Notes under the pieces: model-generated
The model's input: the letters and a program-made list of their open reading frames with translations, nothing else
Told to the model about the DNA's origin: nothing
The model's database searches: none
Made by a program: the position numbers and the translations under genes
DNA from: Paragordius varius
Lineage: Eukaryota > Animalia > Nematomorpha
Direction: 5' to 3'
DNA length: 64,000 nucleotides
Assembly (NCBI GenBank): GCA_964247055.1
Contig: OZ176052.1
Span: forward strand, 930,001-994,000
Part shown: positions 24,307 to 37,771 of the stretch, piece by piece
How the letters are laid out: each line of letters opens with the position of its first letter
Numbering within the stretch: position 1 is the stretch's first letter

Positions 24307-27267
24307 CTTATCTCACTTTTTTTCTTGTTGTTTTGAATTCAAATGATATTCATTAAATTCTATGGGCTTTTAAGGTTGTTCCTTTTTACAATTTGACGTC
24401 TATATCGTTGGCTTGGTTTGGATTTTTTGCTTTTCTCGAGATAAGGGGGGGAAAGTTCATGTTTTGAAGGGGTCAATCTATCCATATTACATATTTAAGT
24501 GCTACAATTAGATTTTTGGGGTTTTACATGAGGTTTCGTTTCGCATTCTATCCATCAAATCAAAAAAAATTTAACAATAATTATAATTATAAAATTCGTA
24601 AAATTTCAAATTAACCAATTCTTTAAAAAAGTACTAATGTGAGAAAGTATGTTTCATTGTTATATGAGTTCAAATAATTTTTTAATTTTTAGGCAAAAAC
24701 CAATTGTAAAAAAATTAAGATTAAAAATAATGAATCAAAATAGATTTTACTATATATATATAAGCAATATTGGTATAATTAACATCAAATAACTACACAA
24801 TTTTCGGAAGCGCGCAATTAACTATAATGTAAAACAAACATGTGTTTTAAATTATATTAACCAAACTTTAAACTTTTTTTGCTAATTAGCAACAATGTAT
24901 GGATCAAATATATGTAACACCCTGAGAATAAAAAAGTTGTAAACAAATCAAAGAAAATCCATGATATGTAATTCTTCTTATTAGCAAGATTTATTGAAGA
25001 AAGGAAATAACATTATTACATTACATAGTATTACAGATTATTAGCAACAACCATGTTTTATCAATTATATTATCAAACATATATAGCTACTTATCAGTTT
25101 AGAAATTAACACATTTTATTATAAAAATAAAATTACATACATATATATATTCCCGAATAGAAATAAAATAAATCAATTTATCTTTCCGATTTCTAATCAG
25201 CCTATACTACATCATCATTGTAAATGAATTAATATGGGAGTTTTATATATGTATATATTCAAGTAATTTGCTCTAAATTTAAGCACATATCATTCATTAT
25301 TCTTCATAGTATAAATTAATGCAATTCTTTTAAGGATTTCATATACAAATAAAAAATGTTTTAATTAAAATACTAATTATTCTTATCTATCGATATTTTA
25401 GTTATTGATATTATAGAGAGGAATAGGTAGCTAGGTATATGTATAATAGGTAACGTATTTTCCATAAAACTCGCTTACTCAAATCGAAAATGATGGAAAA
25501 AACGTGAATATTAATTAGAAAAATATATAATTGATAAAATAATTGATAAAATGTGCAAACTTTTCTTTAGTTAGAATGATTAAATAAAAGGTGAAATAGC
25601 AAAAATTATGGAAAAAAAGTATAATATAAACAAATATCGACAGAATGTTTTTTGTAAAAAAAGTTTTAAGTTTGCGACTAAGATTCAACAATCCAAATAT
25701 TTTGGAGGAATAATGCTAGATTTTTGGATATAAATCAAAATCTTATGAAATGTTTCGTAATGTGTATAATTATAACTAATATGCAAAAATAAAGGGTTTT
25801 TAACCTCTAAATATAAATAAATTTTTATTTTTATTTATACTACTAATTACATTATGTAAATGCAAAAAAACCACAAAAAAATGTATTATATATTAGCATA
25901 ATACAGTAAAGAGAAATATTATTGGTTCCATATTGACGGAATTGTACGTTTGAAGGAATTAAAATTAAATTATAGTATGAGTAAGTACTATACATTGCTA
26001 AAAAGTTATTAATTATTGCCAAATAACATTTACAACAAAAAGAAATATTATTGGATAATAGTATAAAAAGTGAAAAAAAATAACTTACTTAGTATATGCT
26101 ATTTGGCAATAATTAATAACTTTCTAGAAATGTATATTTACTCATACTGTAATTAAATTAAAACAGCGTAAAAAATATTATATATTCCATATTCACCAAT
26201 TTAAAGTGTTATACTATATAAAAATATTAGCAACCGATGATGAATTAATTCTTTGTTCATATGTAAAATTAAAACAATTTATGAAATAATACATACTTTT
26301 ATCAAAAATATACAAGGAATTAATTGACAATTCGAATCATCATATGTAAACTAAGCTCAAATTTTGAAAAGAACAATCCAACTTATTTTTGAATTGCCGA
26401 ACAATGTAATTAGGAATAGTAAGATTAATTAATTTTCAAGGGAATAAAGAACATGCATAAAAGTATGTGATTTAAAATCGATTCCTTTTAAGCAGTACAA
26501 TATAAAAGTTAAAAAATAAATTTTTTTAGAATAAAATTTCTTCTGTTGTCACAATGGTACATGATTAGTTTTTATCTCTCTTGATCTATAAATACTACAT
26601 ATACAATATAAAAATGCCTATATTGTAAAAAAATTTGAAAAATATTCAATTGAATTATATATATAAAGGTCTTTGATATAGGGAAACTTTTTTATCTTGC
26701 AATTTATAATTCTATGTCACAGAAAAGGTAAAGTTTAAAATTAAACTTTTTCTATATACTATTCAATTCTTTTTAACAATTCTGTCTATTGTTCAAAAAA
26801 TGTTTTAGATTGCAAAAAATAAACGAGGGAAAAAATATTATATTCCATTCTATTGTAATGTAATGTAATCTAGATAATTGTGACAATGATCTTTAACTTG
26901 TTTAAACATTAATTTTTAAGGTTAAATTTAATTAAAATATGGAGTTAGTTAATGAAATATGATAGTTAAAGATAACACGGAATTAAAAATTTAGCGTTAT
27001 ATATTCCTAAATTATTAAATGATATTTTAATGAATTAAATCAAGAAAAAAATGTTAAAAATTTAAATATTTTACCTGATTTTTACACATGTAGAACACCG
27101 GATAAAACTTTAAACATATGTGGAAAAATAATTTAAATTTATGTTGAAAATTATATTACTTATTAGTTTCAAATTTGATATGACTAAATTACAAATTTTA
27201 TGTAGATATTGTTCCATTTTAATTATTATCTTTATTCAAAAAGATTTAATTTTTGATCTGTCCTTAA

Positions 27268-27838
27268 CACTTCGATTCATGGGGTATCTAAATACCCCAG
27301 ACTAAATTTGAGATTTTCAAACTACAGAAGGAAACGGTCCCAATTTAAATTTATGCTTCTACCCTAATACAAATTATATAAATATGCCAAAATATCTAAA
27401 TGAAATTTTGTTTTGAAAAAAAAGTTCCATGTCAAACTACTTCGCCGCCATTTTTATTTTACAAAATTTTTGCAAAATATCGTCTTGATATAATTTTAAG
27501 GGTAGAATTAAAGCTAAATTTTTATTTAAATTACATCTAACATTTATAAAAATAGAAAAAACGGTTTATTTTGTATTATTTTTCGAATTTTACCATTGCA
27601 CACATGTCACGTTGACTAAATTTTTACCTTTCGGTTTAAGCTTAAAATAAGTAATATCAAGTATTTTTGAATAAATTTTTTTATATATTCGGTTTATTAA
27701 TGTTAAATAAGTGCGAAATTTTGCCATGGTTTCGATTTCTTCCATATTTTTATAAGAATTTAATTTTAAACAGGCCTGGGGTATTTAACTACCCTAATTT
27801 GAATCGAAGGACTAAAATGAATGTGTTGTATCCAAGTG
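27268..27838 (+). mobile_element. piggyBac-type MITE (TTAA family), full copy, 571 bp
   Basis: Flanked by TTAA on both sides, CACTT...AAGTG termini, and asymmetric subterminal repeat CTTCGATTCAAATTGGGGTA. Confidence 0.8.
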
Positions 27839-28799
27839 TTAATGGCTTGTGGTTCAGATAAAATTATTTCCTTGGTAATTTACTTTTTATAAGAAAATGA
27901 CAAAATATGAATGAATTTTACACACCGTGCTCAAAATATGTTGGTTAAAATATCTGGGGTAGAAGTTTATTCAGAGATCTCCCCATGTTTTCATGGGGTT
28001 TATATTCGTCTATGGTTATATAGGCGAAAAACTAGGATTTTCTAGAACCTTAATTTCCGAAAATAATACATCAAATAACGCTTTATTAGGCTCTTGAATT
28101 ATTTGCCACCCTTACTACTATCGAAAATTTTGAATAATATAAAATCAATCAGGGTTAAATTAGCGTGGAAAATATGATAGGAAAATTATTATATTGCTTT
28201 AGTTCTTTCGAATAGACCACTTCGTTATATTTTTTATTATTTGTAGACAATTACGTTTTGGGGTCGTTTTGTATCGAATTTAAACTTGTATATTAACTGT
28301 AAAAACTGTTTTGGTTAATTATAAATACTGGTGTCCTATACCCGTGCACAGAATTGGGAGGTATAAATATATCCTGATGAAATATGTGTAAAATATGAGA
28401 GATAAATTTATTAGTTTATCGTGGAGCTTTTGGCCTTCCTTACAAACAAAGAAAGGTATATTTTTTGATAACTAATATATATTCATAACCAGTTTTCACA
28501 AAACAATATAGGGGGGTATAAAAATGACCGATAAAATATATACATTTTGATAAAAACCAGGATTATCATGATGCTTTTGTTTTAGTCTTTATGAGTAATA
28601 TAAGAAAGTTATTACTAATTTTTCAGAGTGTTCTGTATCAGAAAATGAATTTGAGCATATTTCTATTAAGTAAAGTTTTTTTGTGAAAAATGCATTTTTC
28701 CAGAAAAAATCACTAAAATAGATTAATTACCGAAAGCAAAACAATTTTTTTTAAAAAATTTAATTTTAGATGTGGATTCCGAAAGTAACAATTTTTTTA

Positions 28800-30165
28800 A
28801 TTTTTACCTTTCGGTTTTAGCTTAAAATAAGTATTATCAAATATTTTTAAAAACATTTTTTTATATTCTGGTTTATTAATGTTATATAAGTGCAAAATTT
28901 TGCCATGGTTTTGATTCCTTCCATATTTTTTAAAGAATTTAATATTAAACAGGCCTGGGGTATTTAACTACCCCAATTCAAATCGAAGGACTAAAATGAA
29001 TGTCTTGTATCCAAGTGTTAAATGAAGACGATATTTTGCAAAAATTTTGTAAAATAAAAATGGCGTCGAAGTAGTTTGATATGGAACTTTATTTTCAAAA
29101 CAAAATTTTATTTAGATATTTTGGGATATTTATATAATTTTTATTAGAATAGAAGCATATATTTAAATTGGGACCGTGTCCTTCAGTAGTTTTTTGGCAA
29201 TCCTATCTCAAATATAGTCTGGGGTATTTAGATACCCCAATTTGAATCGAAGTGTTAATTTTAAGGGTTATATTATAGCTATTTTTTTATAAATTACATC
29301 TAACATTGATAGAAATAGAAAAAACGGTTCATTTTATATCATTTTCAATTTTACCATTCACACATGTCACGTTGACTAAATTTCTACCTATCGATTTTAG
29401 CTTAACACTTTGATTCAAATTGGCGTATCTAAATACCCCAGACTAAATTTAAATAAATAATTTTAAAAAACTACTGAAGGAAACGGTCCTAATTTAAAAT
29501 GCTTTTCATAATAAAAATTACATAAATATGTCACAATATCTTAGTAAAATTTTGTTTTGAAAACAAAGTTTCATATCAAACTACTTCGGCCACATTTTTA
29601 TTTTACAAAATTTTTGCAAAATATCGGCTTCATTTAATTTTAACGCGGTAAAATTAAAGCTAATATTTTATTAAAATTACATCTAGCATTGATAGAAAAA
29701 AAGCGGTTTATTTTGTATTATTTTTCAATTTTACCATTTCACACGTGTCACGTTGACGAAATTTTTACCTTTCAGTTTTAACTTAAAATAAGTAATATCA
29801 AGTATTTTTGAATAAAATTTTTTATATATTTCGGTTTATTAATGTTATATAAGTGCTAAATTTTGCCATGGTTTGGATTCCTTCCATACTTTTTAAAGTA
29901 TTTAATTTTAAATAGGCCTGGGGTATCCAACTATCCTAATTTGAATCAAAGGACTAAAATGAGTGTGTTGTATTCAAGTGTTAAAATAAGTAAAATCAAG
30001 TATTTTTGTATTAAAATTTTTATATATTTCGGTTTATTAATCTTATTTAAGTGCAAAATTTTGCCATGGTTTCGATTCCTTCCATATTTTTCAAAGAATT
30101 TATTTTAAACAGGCATTTAATTACCCCGATTTAAATCGAAGGACTAATGAATGTGTATCCAAATG
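28800..30165. mobile_element. Nest of at least 3-4 piggyBac-type MITE copies with every junction at TTAA, including a full inner copy at 29406-29980 and an inverted left segment at 29022-29254
   Basis: TTAA at 29018-21, 29255-58, 29402-05, 29981-84 and 30166-69. The inner copy splits the internal sequence ...ttttagcTTAAaataagtaa... of the outer copy. Confidence 0.85.
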
Positions 30166-31079
30166 TTAAAATAGACGCAATAATGCCGAAATTGTGGATA
30201 AAAAATTTAAATAAATTTTAAAATTTGATATCAACCAATATTTTTAAAAAATGCACTTTGCAAAAAATTAATTTTTAGCAAAATTTTGTTGACGCGTTTT
30301 TCATACTCTTTTGTGGCATCATGGAAACGGTTAAAATTAAGTCATTCTTTGCCAATTCCCTGGAAAAATTTATAAACATTTTTTGCTTATTTTAGGCTAA
30401 TCTCAAAATTTATAAATCATGTAATTCGCAGTTACATAAAGCATATATCCAAGGTAATACCAGAATAAAATCGTAAAACTATTTGGCCGGCACCTTATTC
30501 TTATGGTCGAGTATTGTGGGTTAGCATTTATGGATGCTGAATTTTAGATTCTCTAATAACTCACGTCCATAGATGCTGACCTTTCCGAGCGTGCCATTAT
30601 AGACATTATCAAATATAATTTATCTTTCCAGTATATGACGGACATTGGTAAGAAAAGTAAATGCCATGTTAAAGGCCGTCCAAAGCGTGAATGTTTGAAC
30701 GAAATTTAAAATCATTATCAAAAGTCTCACTTTGATTATGATTTCGATTTGCTCGGCAATAATGATAAGGATTTAGCTGGTTCACTTTACCGCTCTTTTT
30801 TCAATCAAAGCGCGAACATTGAAAACGCCGATTCAGGAACCGACGGTTGATATTCTTATTTCCCTTTAAATATATATTTTTAAATATACCAACATCTTTG
30901 GTGAAATTATAAATTTAAATTATCCCAAGCAAAGATTATTTGTAGTAATCGAAATATCATAATAAATTTATATAATTTTAGCTGAAATATAATTGCATAT
31001 ATAATAAATAATTAATAATTTGGATAAATAGATAAATCATTTGTATCAAATGAATTATTTGATAGTGATACATTTATAT

Positions 31080-31316
31080 CAGAGGCGTAGCTTGCATTGC
31101 TAACAGCCTTTCCCTCCATATACCTCTTTAATTAAATATAAGCAAATTCAAGCCTTGGTCATGACCACTCATAAATGGGTGACTTTTTATGTATTATTTA
31201 AAACAATAATTTTTAAATACCTATTATTACAATAAAATTATAAAATTTAAAATCCGGCGCCCCTTCAACTATGGTGCCCGGTGCATTAGCCCCTTTTCCC
31301 CCTAGATACCCCACTG
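31080..31316. mobile_element. hAT-type MITE (CAG(A/T)GG(C/G)GTA TIR)
   Basis: Imperfect TIR; 8-bp flanks atttatat/atatatat (7/8). Confidence 0.7.
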
Positions 31317-31317
31317 A

Positions 31318-31389
<72 letters not shown>

Positions 31390-31393
31390 ATAT
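31317..31393. repeat. (TA)n microsatellite; shorter ones at about 1012-1033 and 10875-10900
   Basis: Read directly. Confidence 0.95.
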
Positions 31394-31776
31394 TTCTTCT
31401 TAAACCTCTTATTAATTTACAATTAATATTTTACTTGCTTTTACTATTTTGGATCAACAATTCCCATGCACAGATACGTACTGCCAAGGGCTTCTTTTAA
31501 TTTTAAATTTTATTATTGTTGTTTTTAAATATTAAAAATACGCTAATATGGCTGAAACTAATAGTGTTCCATGATAGTAACACATCCTTCCATGTCTGGA
31601 CGTAAAACCACACAAGCTTTTATATAAAGTCACCCACCAGAAGAATAAAAACGGTTTTAGAGCTTTTTTTAAACTAAGTTACCACATTTTTTCATTTTTA
31701 ATACAGTGTTAGTAAACCTTATCTATTGATAAAATTATTTTCTTTAGTTTAGTGGGTAACGACGAGATTTTGCAAT

Positions 31777-32078
31777 GTAAATAATGTTAGAATCGTCGTA
31801 AAATAACGCAAAAATAAAATATAATTTATTAATTCTCAAATTTTCGCCATAGGCATCAGGAGATTAGTTAAGAAAAATGTATATAATATAAGATAATAAT
31901 AATTAATTTAAAAAATGTCATGGTTGATATTACTTATATAGGAAAAAATCACGAAAGAACCGTTAGGACAAATTTTTAATTTTTATTATCTTATATTATA
32001 TATATTTTTCTTAACTAATCTCCTGATGATCTATGGCGAAAATTTGGCGTTATTTTACGACGATTCTAACATCATTTA
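31777..32078. repeat. Fold-back inverted repeat element, about 300 bp
   Basis: atgttagaatcgtcgtaaaataacgc and cgccatag..catcaggagattagttaagaaaa recur inverted at the other end. Confidence 0.75.
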
Positions 32079-32232
32079 TTTTATTTAGGTTTGAATTATA
32101 TCTACTATCTGATTAACTATATTTTTTGGAATTTTACCAGTAAATATAGTAATGTTGGAAAATAGATTCAAAATATTCTTAATTCAATGCTTGCTTTCAT
32201 ATCAAAACTTATATATTTTTTATCGTATATAC

Positions 32233-34971
32233 CAGGGGTGGCCAATGAGGTGACCGCGGTCACTTTCGTGACAGCGACAACTCAAAAAGTGACCGCCTGA
32301 AAATATTTTTTTTTAAAAAATTTTATTGATTTTTTTCGGATAGTTGGCTACTTCTGAGCGAATTTAAATTTAAAATACAAAAAAATACGGTTTAAATTAA
32401 AAAAAACGTCTAAGAAAAGGGTGTAAAAAAATTATTTTATTAATTATAATTCATATGTTTTGGAGCATTTGCATTAAAACTTAAAATCAGTCATTTCCCT
32501 TGAATATATCAAAACTTTGAGCAAAGCTTATTCATAAATCAGAAGCATAATCGTGAAGTTAGATTTGATTTGATACACCAAAAGTAGGTTTTTAAAACTT
32601 ATATTTTAGAATGAGCCAAAAAAAGTTGTACAGATACAAGAAAGATTGGGAGCATGAATACTTTTTTATTATGATAAATGAAACATGCACCTGTCTAATA
32701 TGCAATAGTACTGTTTCTTTGCCCAAAAAGTCAAATATTGAAAGACATTATAGATCTCTGCATCCACATTACTCCAAAAACTACCCCTTACAAACTCAAG
32801 AACGCAACATTAAAGTAAAGGAATTAAAAGAACAATTATCCGCCTCACAAAATAGCATACTTAAATACAACAAAGACTATAAAAATGCTACGATTGCTTC
32901 ATTCAAGGTAGCGGAAATACTCATTCGGAACAATAAGCCATTCCAAGATGGTGAAATATTTAAAGAAGCCTTTATTAGCGCTTGTGATATTTTATTTGAA
33001 AATTTTGATAACAAAAATAATATTATGACAGCTATTAAAAGCATAAGCTTATCGAGAAATACCGTTATGCGCAGGGCTGAAGATATTATTAATAATCTTG
33101 ATGAAATTTTACATGAAAATATTAATAACTGTATTTTTTTTCTTTGCAACTCGATGAGTCCACCGATTATGTTGGAATCGCCCAATTATGCATTTTTATT
33201 CGTATGATATTTAGTGATTTATCTGCAAAGGAGGAATTATTAACTATAATACCTCTCCACGAACGAACCAGAGGGCAGGATATTTTTGATTTTTTTTATA
33301 AATACAGATACGAAACTTCCCATCGTAAAACTCGCATCCATAACTACTGATGGAGCTCCAGCTATGATTGGCGTTAACAACGGCTTTATCGCTTTATGTA
33401 AAAATCACAGTGCATTTCCCAAGTTCATTGATTACCATTGTATAATCCATAATCAAGTTTTATGTTCAAAAGTTTTAAAATACCATCATGTAATGAACCC
33501 CTGTTTTAAAATTGTTAACGCCATTCGAACAAAAAGCTTGTCCCGCCGCCAATTTCGAATTTTGTTAAATGAGTGCGGCGTGGAATATAGAGAACTTTTA
33601 TTACATACTGATGTAAGGTGGTTGAGTCGTGCCGCATTTTTAATTAGATTTAGGCAACTTTTACCACAAATAAAAAATTTTTTAGAGAATTCTAAATTTT
33701 CATACCCTGAATTGAAAGATCAAGATTGGCTGCTTGATCTTGCATTTTTATGCGATATCACGGAAAAATTGCATAAATTAAACATCCAATTACAAGGAAA
33801 AGATAAAACAATAATGGATATGATGGGTGCTTTAAAATCTTTTAAGGAAACACTAACAGTAGTAGAAACACAAGTAAAAAACCGAGATTTAAAACATTTT
33901 TTTTAATCTGGCAGCGGTGTCTGAAAAAATAGAGAATCTCTCTTTTGAAAAATATGCAGATGATATTGGTCTGCTTATTAATGATTTTGAAAAACGATTT
34001 TCATCTATAAATAAACTTGAAGACATCGCTATTTTTTTATCATGCGCATTTAATAATAATAATAATAATGTTGAATATATTGCTTAAAAACTCAGCCACT
34101 TTCTTGGTGTACCAAATTTAGCAGAGTTGGAAGAGGAATTAATAAATGTTAAATGGAATATCCATCTAAAATCATTAGGATCAGATATATATATAAATTT
34201 ATAAATAAAGATAAATACCCCCATATTTGGAAAACCGCTGCATTATTTAATTCTTTTTTTGGATCCACATATTTATGTGAATCGGCTTTTTCAATTATGA
34301 ATGCTATCAAAACTAAACAGAGGTCACAATTAACTAATAAACATTTAGAATCATGTTTGAGAATTGCTTTGACTTCATTTGAACCTAATTTAGATAAACT
34401 TTCTGAATTTTTTCGCAGTCGGGCGTTTTAAATATTTTTTTCTTTATTAAATATGGATGTTTATCAGTTGTATTTTCGCTTAGGAAAAAGCCGATTTACT
34501 AAAAAATATGTGGATAGAATTAAAACTGATACAATTTTAATGTACTCTTATTTATGTTTAAATTATGGTTTTAAATTGGAATGCTATTTTTTATTTCTTT
34601 TATTTTTTGTATCATAATGTATTCTCCCCTGTAATTTCAAATGCATTGTTTAAATTTTTATATTGTAAAATTTCATATAATAGAAATTTAATAAATAAAT
34701 ATTTTGAAGTGTTTTAGGTTGGTTAAAAAATTAAGGTAGTTAATAACCCGTTGTCTTTTAATTAAAATTATTTTTGTATTTGGTTGATAGATAAAAAAAT
34801 TACAATTTTAAAATGGTTTAAACAAGTCACTCTAATCTGTAAAGCAGGTATATACATCATTTAAAGTGTTGATTGAGTTTTTTTGATAAATATTTCTGGG
34901 TGACCGCGAACTCTTTTTTTAACAAAAAAGCCAAAAAAAAGCTCGCGACAAAAAAAGTGTGGCCACCCCTG
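32233..34971 (+). mobile_element. hAT DNA transposon, Buster/SPIN/GTF2IRD2-like group, 2739 bp
   Basis: 12-bp perfect TIR CAGGGGTGGCCA and perfect 8-bp TSD GTATATAC (32225-32 and 34972-79) with the central TA typical of Buster elements. Encodes a disrupted transposase. Confidence 0.95.
32611..34431 (+). pseudogene. Disrupted hAT (Buster-type) transposase
   Basis: Zinc finger CLIC...RHYRSLH, LDES (D), TTDGAPAM (D), HCIIH, VRWL and YLCESAFS (E) spread over several frames. Frameshifts at T8 runs 33134-41, 33290-97 and 33897-904 and at an (AT)n near 34185-95, plus an in-frame TAA at 34085. Confidence 0.9.
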
Positions 34972-35117
34972 GTATATACCATTATAACTTCGAATTCCCC
35001 ATGAACAATTCCAATTCACCTCAAAAAGAACTTATGTGTTTTCGGGCAAATATAACTCATCATAAATAAGAAATATATTCTTACAGCATAGTCTATTATT
35101 TTCTCAGTATTATGTTA

Positions 35118-35351
35118 CAGTCATGTATTTTTTATTTTATCAAAAATTTATTTTTTTTCGTTAAATGGGTAGTATTTGGTAAAGAATTGAATAAACAAGA
35201 GCACTAAGGTAATTTTTATACTTTTTTGATGAATATGATTGTTAATACTAGAAAGCTCTTGTTTTTTTCCATTCTTTACCAAATATTTATACCCATTTAA
35301 CGAAAAAAAAAATTTTTGATAAATTTTGATAAAATAAAGGGTACATGACTG
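35118..35351. mobile_element. MITE family C (TA-CAGTCATGTA TIR), 234 bp; other copies at about 5208-5440 and partial at 22541-22610
   Basis: Long TIRs of about 95 bp with TA flanks. Confidence 0.8.
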
Positions 35352-35356
35352 TAACA

Positions 35357-37418
35357 CTAGCTGGCCCTGTCACGCTTGACGTAATCTCACCGATAATTAT
35401 TCTTAATTTGCAATAAATAGAGGTAATGGAAAAAAAATAAAAAAACATATTATTCTATTCTTTGATTATTCTTTTACGGGTTTTTGCATAGACTCAAATA
35501 TTATTTATTCGAAAATGACCATATATAAACTGTCCCTTATTAAAGTTAATATTCAAGTATAATTGGGTTTATTTCCAGATTTTCGTTTTACTAAATCATG
35601 GTTAAAAGTTTTATTTTGAAATTCTGTTCACACAGCTGGGATCAGGGGATATGAAAAGTATACGATTTGTGTTCCCTTTTTAAAGGAAAGAATAATATTA
35701 TACCAATTCTCCAGAAATGAGTTTAACTGAACTCGTATGGCTTCTTAAGTTTGAAAATTGGCTCCGAAACCACGTCATTTTCGTATGGCGTAGTTTTAAA
35801 CCGGTAGACCTCTACCCATAGACCTATATGGAACAAGCGCTGTTAAATTCTTTGCCTTTATAGGGCAAATATTTGGAATAATCTTTGATAACATCGTCTC
35901 ATGGGCTCTTCGAAAAAATACCTCAATACTAAATAATCCTTATATGATGGCGTATTTTTAGGGTGCCCCAAATTAACGGCTAATTAAAAAAGCCCGACCT
36001 TAATCTTTATCTAGTTACCTATAATATATCAAGCTTTTAATGAGCTCATATGGCTTCATAAATTTTCTAAGCTCCAAAACAACGCAATTTCTATAGAGTG
36101 GCGCAGTTTATGGTGGGTAGCTCTTTATCCAGGGGAAGGTATAAAAAAGCGTTGGGCAAAATTTTTGCCTTTATATGGGGAATACCTGTTAATATCATGG
36201 ATTTGTGTTCCTATTAGTCTCATAAGTTTTCTGAAATTGGCTCCAAAGGCATGTATCGATATGGGGCGCAGTTCTACGCGAGTAGCCCCCTAACCAGGGG
36301 CGAAACAAAAAACGCTAGATCAATTTTGCCTTAGTTCGGGTAATACTTAGAATCCTTCCATATGCTCTCGTGAGATTTTCGAAAAATTGTCTCAAAACCA
36401 AAAAGTCATTCTATTGTGGCCCGTTTTTTAGGGCAAAGGCCTAATTAAGGAGTAATTTACATAATTTTGCCTTTTTACGGGTAAAATATCAAGCTCTTAT
36501 TGAACTCATATGGCCTGATAAGTTTTCTAAAATTTGCCTCCAAAGTTACGCTGTATCGATATGGTGGCATAGTTGTAGGTGGGTAGCCCCCTACCCATAG
36601 GCCAATATAAAAAATACGTTTGATAAAAAATTTTGCCTTTATAGGGGAATGCCTAGAATTGGGATTGATTCCGTATGCTCTTATTAGTTTTTGGAAAAAA
36701 TGGCTCAAAACTAAAAAATCATTCTATGGTGGCACGTTTTTCAGGGTAAGGGCTTAATTAACGGTTAATTTTAAAAAACCGCACGACCTAAATTTTTGCC
36801 TTGTTAGGGGTAATATTTTAGGCAACTACTATTGAAGTCATATGGCCTATTAGGTTTTCTATAATTTAGCCTCAAAGGCACGCTATTTCTATAGGACGGT
36901 GCAGTTTTTAGCGGGTATCTCCTTACCCAGCCATCAAAATAAAAAAAACGCACGACTAAAATTTTTGCTTTTTAACAGGCAATACCTGGAATCCTCATTG
37001 AATTGTTACGGTCTCGTACCTTGGGCGAAAAATAGATTTAAAAAAATATTTTTGTGAACTTAATTTTTTTTAAAAAAATGGCATTTTACAGGAAGAGCGG
37101 GTAAAAAGAGGGCCTGAATTAAAAAAGCGAGCCGACTATGTTCGGCGCAATCGAAAATAATTTATAGTTAAAATTGAATGGTCCAACACGTTCTCGGGAA
37201 AATTGTCACAACGATACGATTTTTGTAAAGTTCTCTTTTCAAAAAAAACGTTTTTACACGGGGTAAGCCTGAACTGGGGGCCTAATTCAAAAAAGGGCGA
37301 AGCTATTATCGGGGCAATCATTAATGATTATCTTTTTTAGACATTTGGATTTGAATGGGTCTACCGGTTTTCCGGCAGATCCCAAAGCCAGCATTATCCA
37401 TTTTAATTAATATATAGA
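35357..37418 (-). mobile_element. Non-autonomous Helitron (reverse orientation) carrying an internal satellite
   Basis: Minus-strand 5' end A|TCTATATATTAATTAAAATGG at 37418. 3' end GTCA-AGCG-TGAC hairpin followed by CTAG|T at 35357. That both ends belong to one element is inferred. Confidence 0.65.
35745..37015. repeat. Degenerate tandem array, about 8 units of 146-168 bp, two alternating subtypes
   Basis: Anchor AAATT(G/T)GCTC(C)AAA-like motifs near 35755, 35913, 36066, 36234, 36383, 36529, 36696 and 36862, each followed by GGCG(C/T)AGTTT-like and TTTTGCCTT motifs. Confidence 0.8.
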
Positions 37419-37771
37419 TTTAGCGATTTAATAAAGTAATATTTGTTCGACTAAGTCACAGCTAGTTAGTTTAATGATAAACACAAAAACATGAATGAAA
37501 TAAACTCTTTGAAACATTAATTATTAATACTGGGGACATTTGATATTATAACTGGATGAAATACTAATGTTGATTTCATTGGATTTGGGTGGGGGTATCG
37601 GGATGCACCCACAATCTTTTGAACCTCACAGCATAACGGATACAATCAATTAATTTATTTTTTTACTATAGATAGCGATTGATTGTCCAGTAAAAAATTC
37701 ACTTTGTGACAATACATACAGTCTGTTATAATAAAATAAATTTTTTTGTTATATTTTTTGTTTTCTAATAA

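Noticed and set aside
24310-24560. Relatively GC-rich stretch upstream of the putative RhoGAP first exon
   Set aside because: All three minus frames contain stops; at most 5' UTR.
30635-30850. 72-codon frame with one internal stop (MTDIGKKSKCHVKGRPKRE...)
   Set aside because: No recognisable family motif or TE termini; too short to call.
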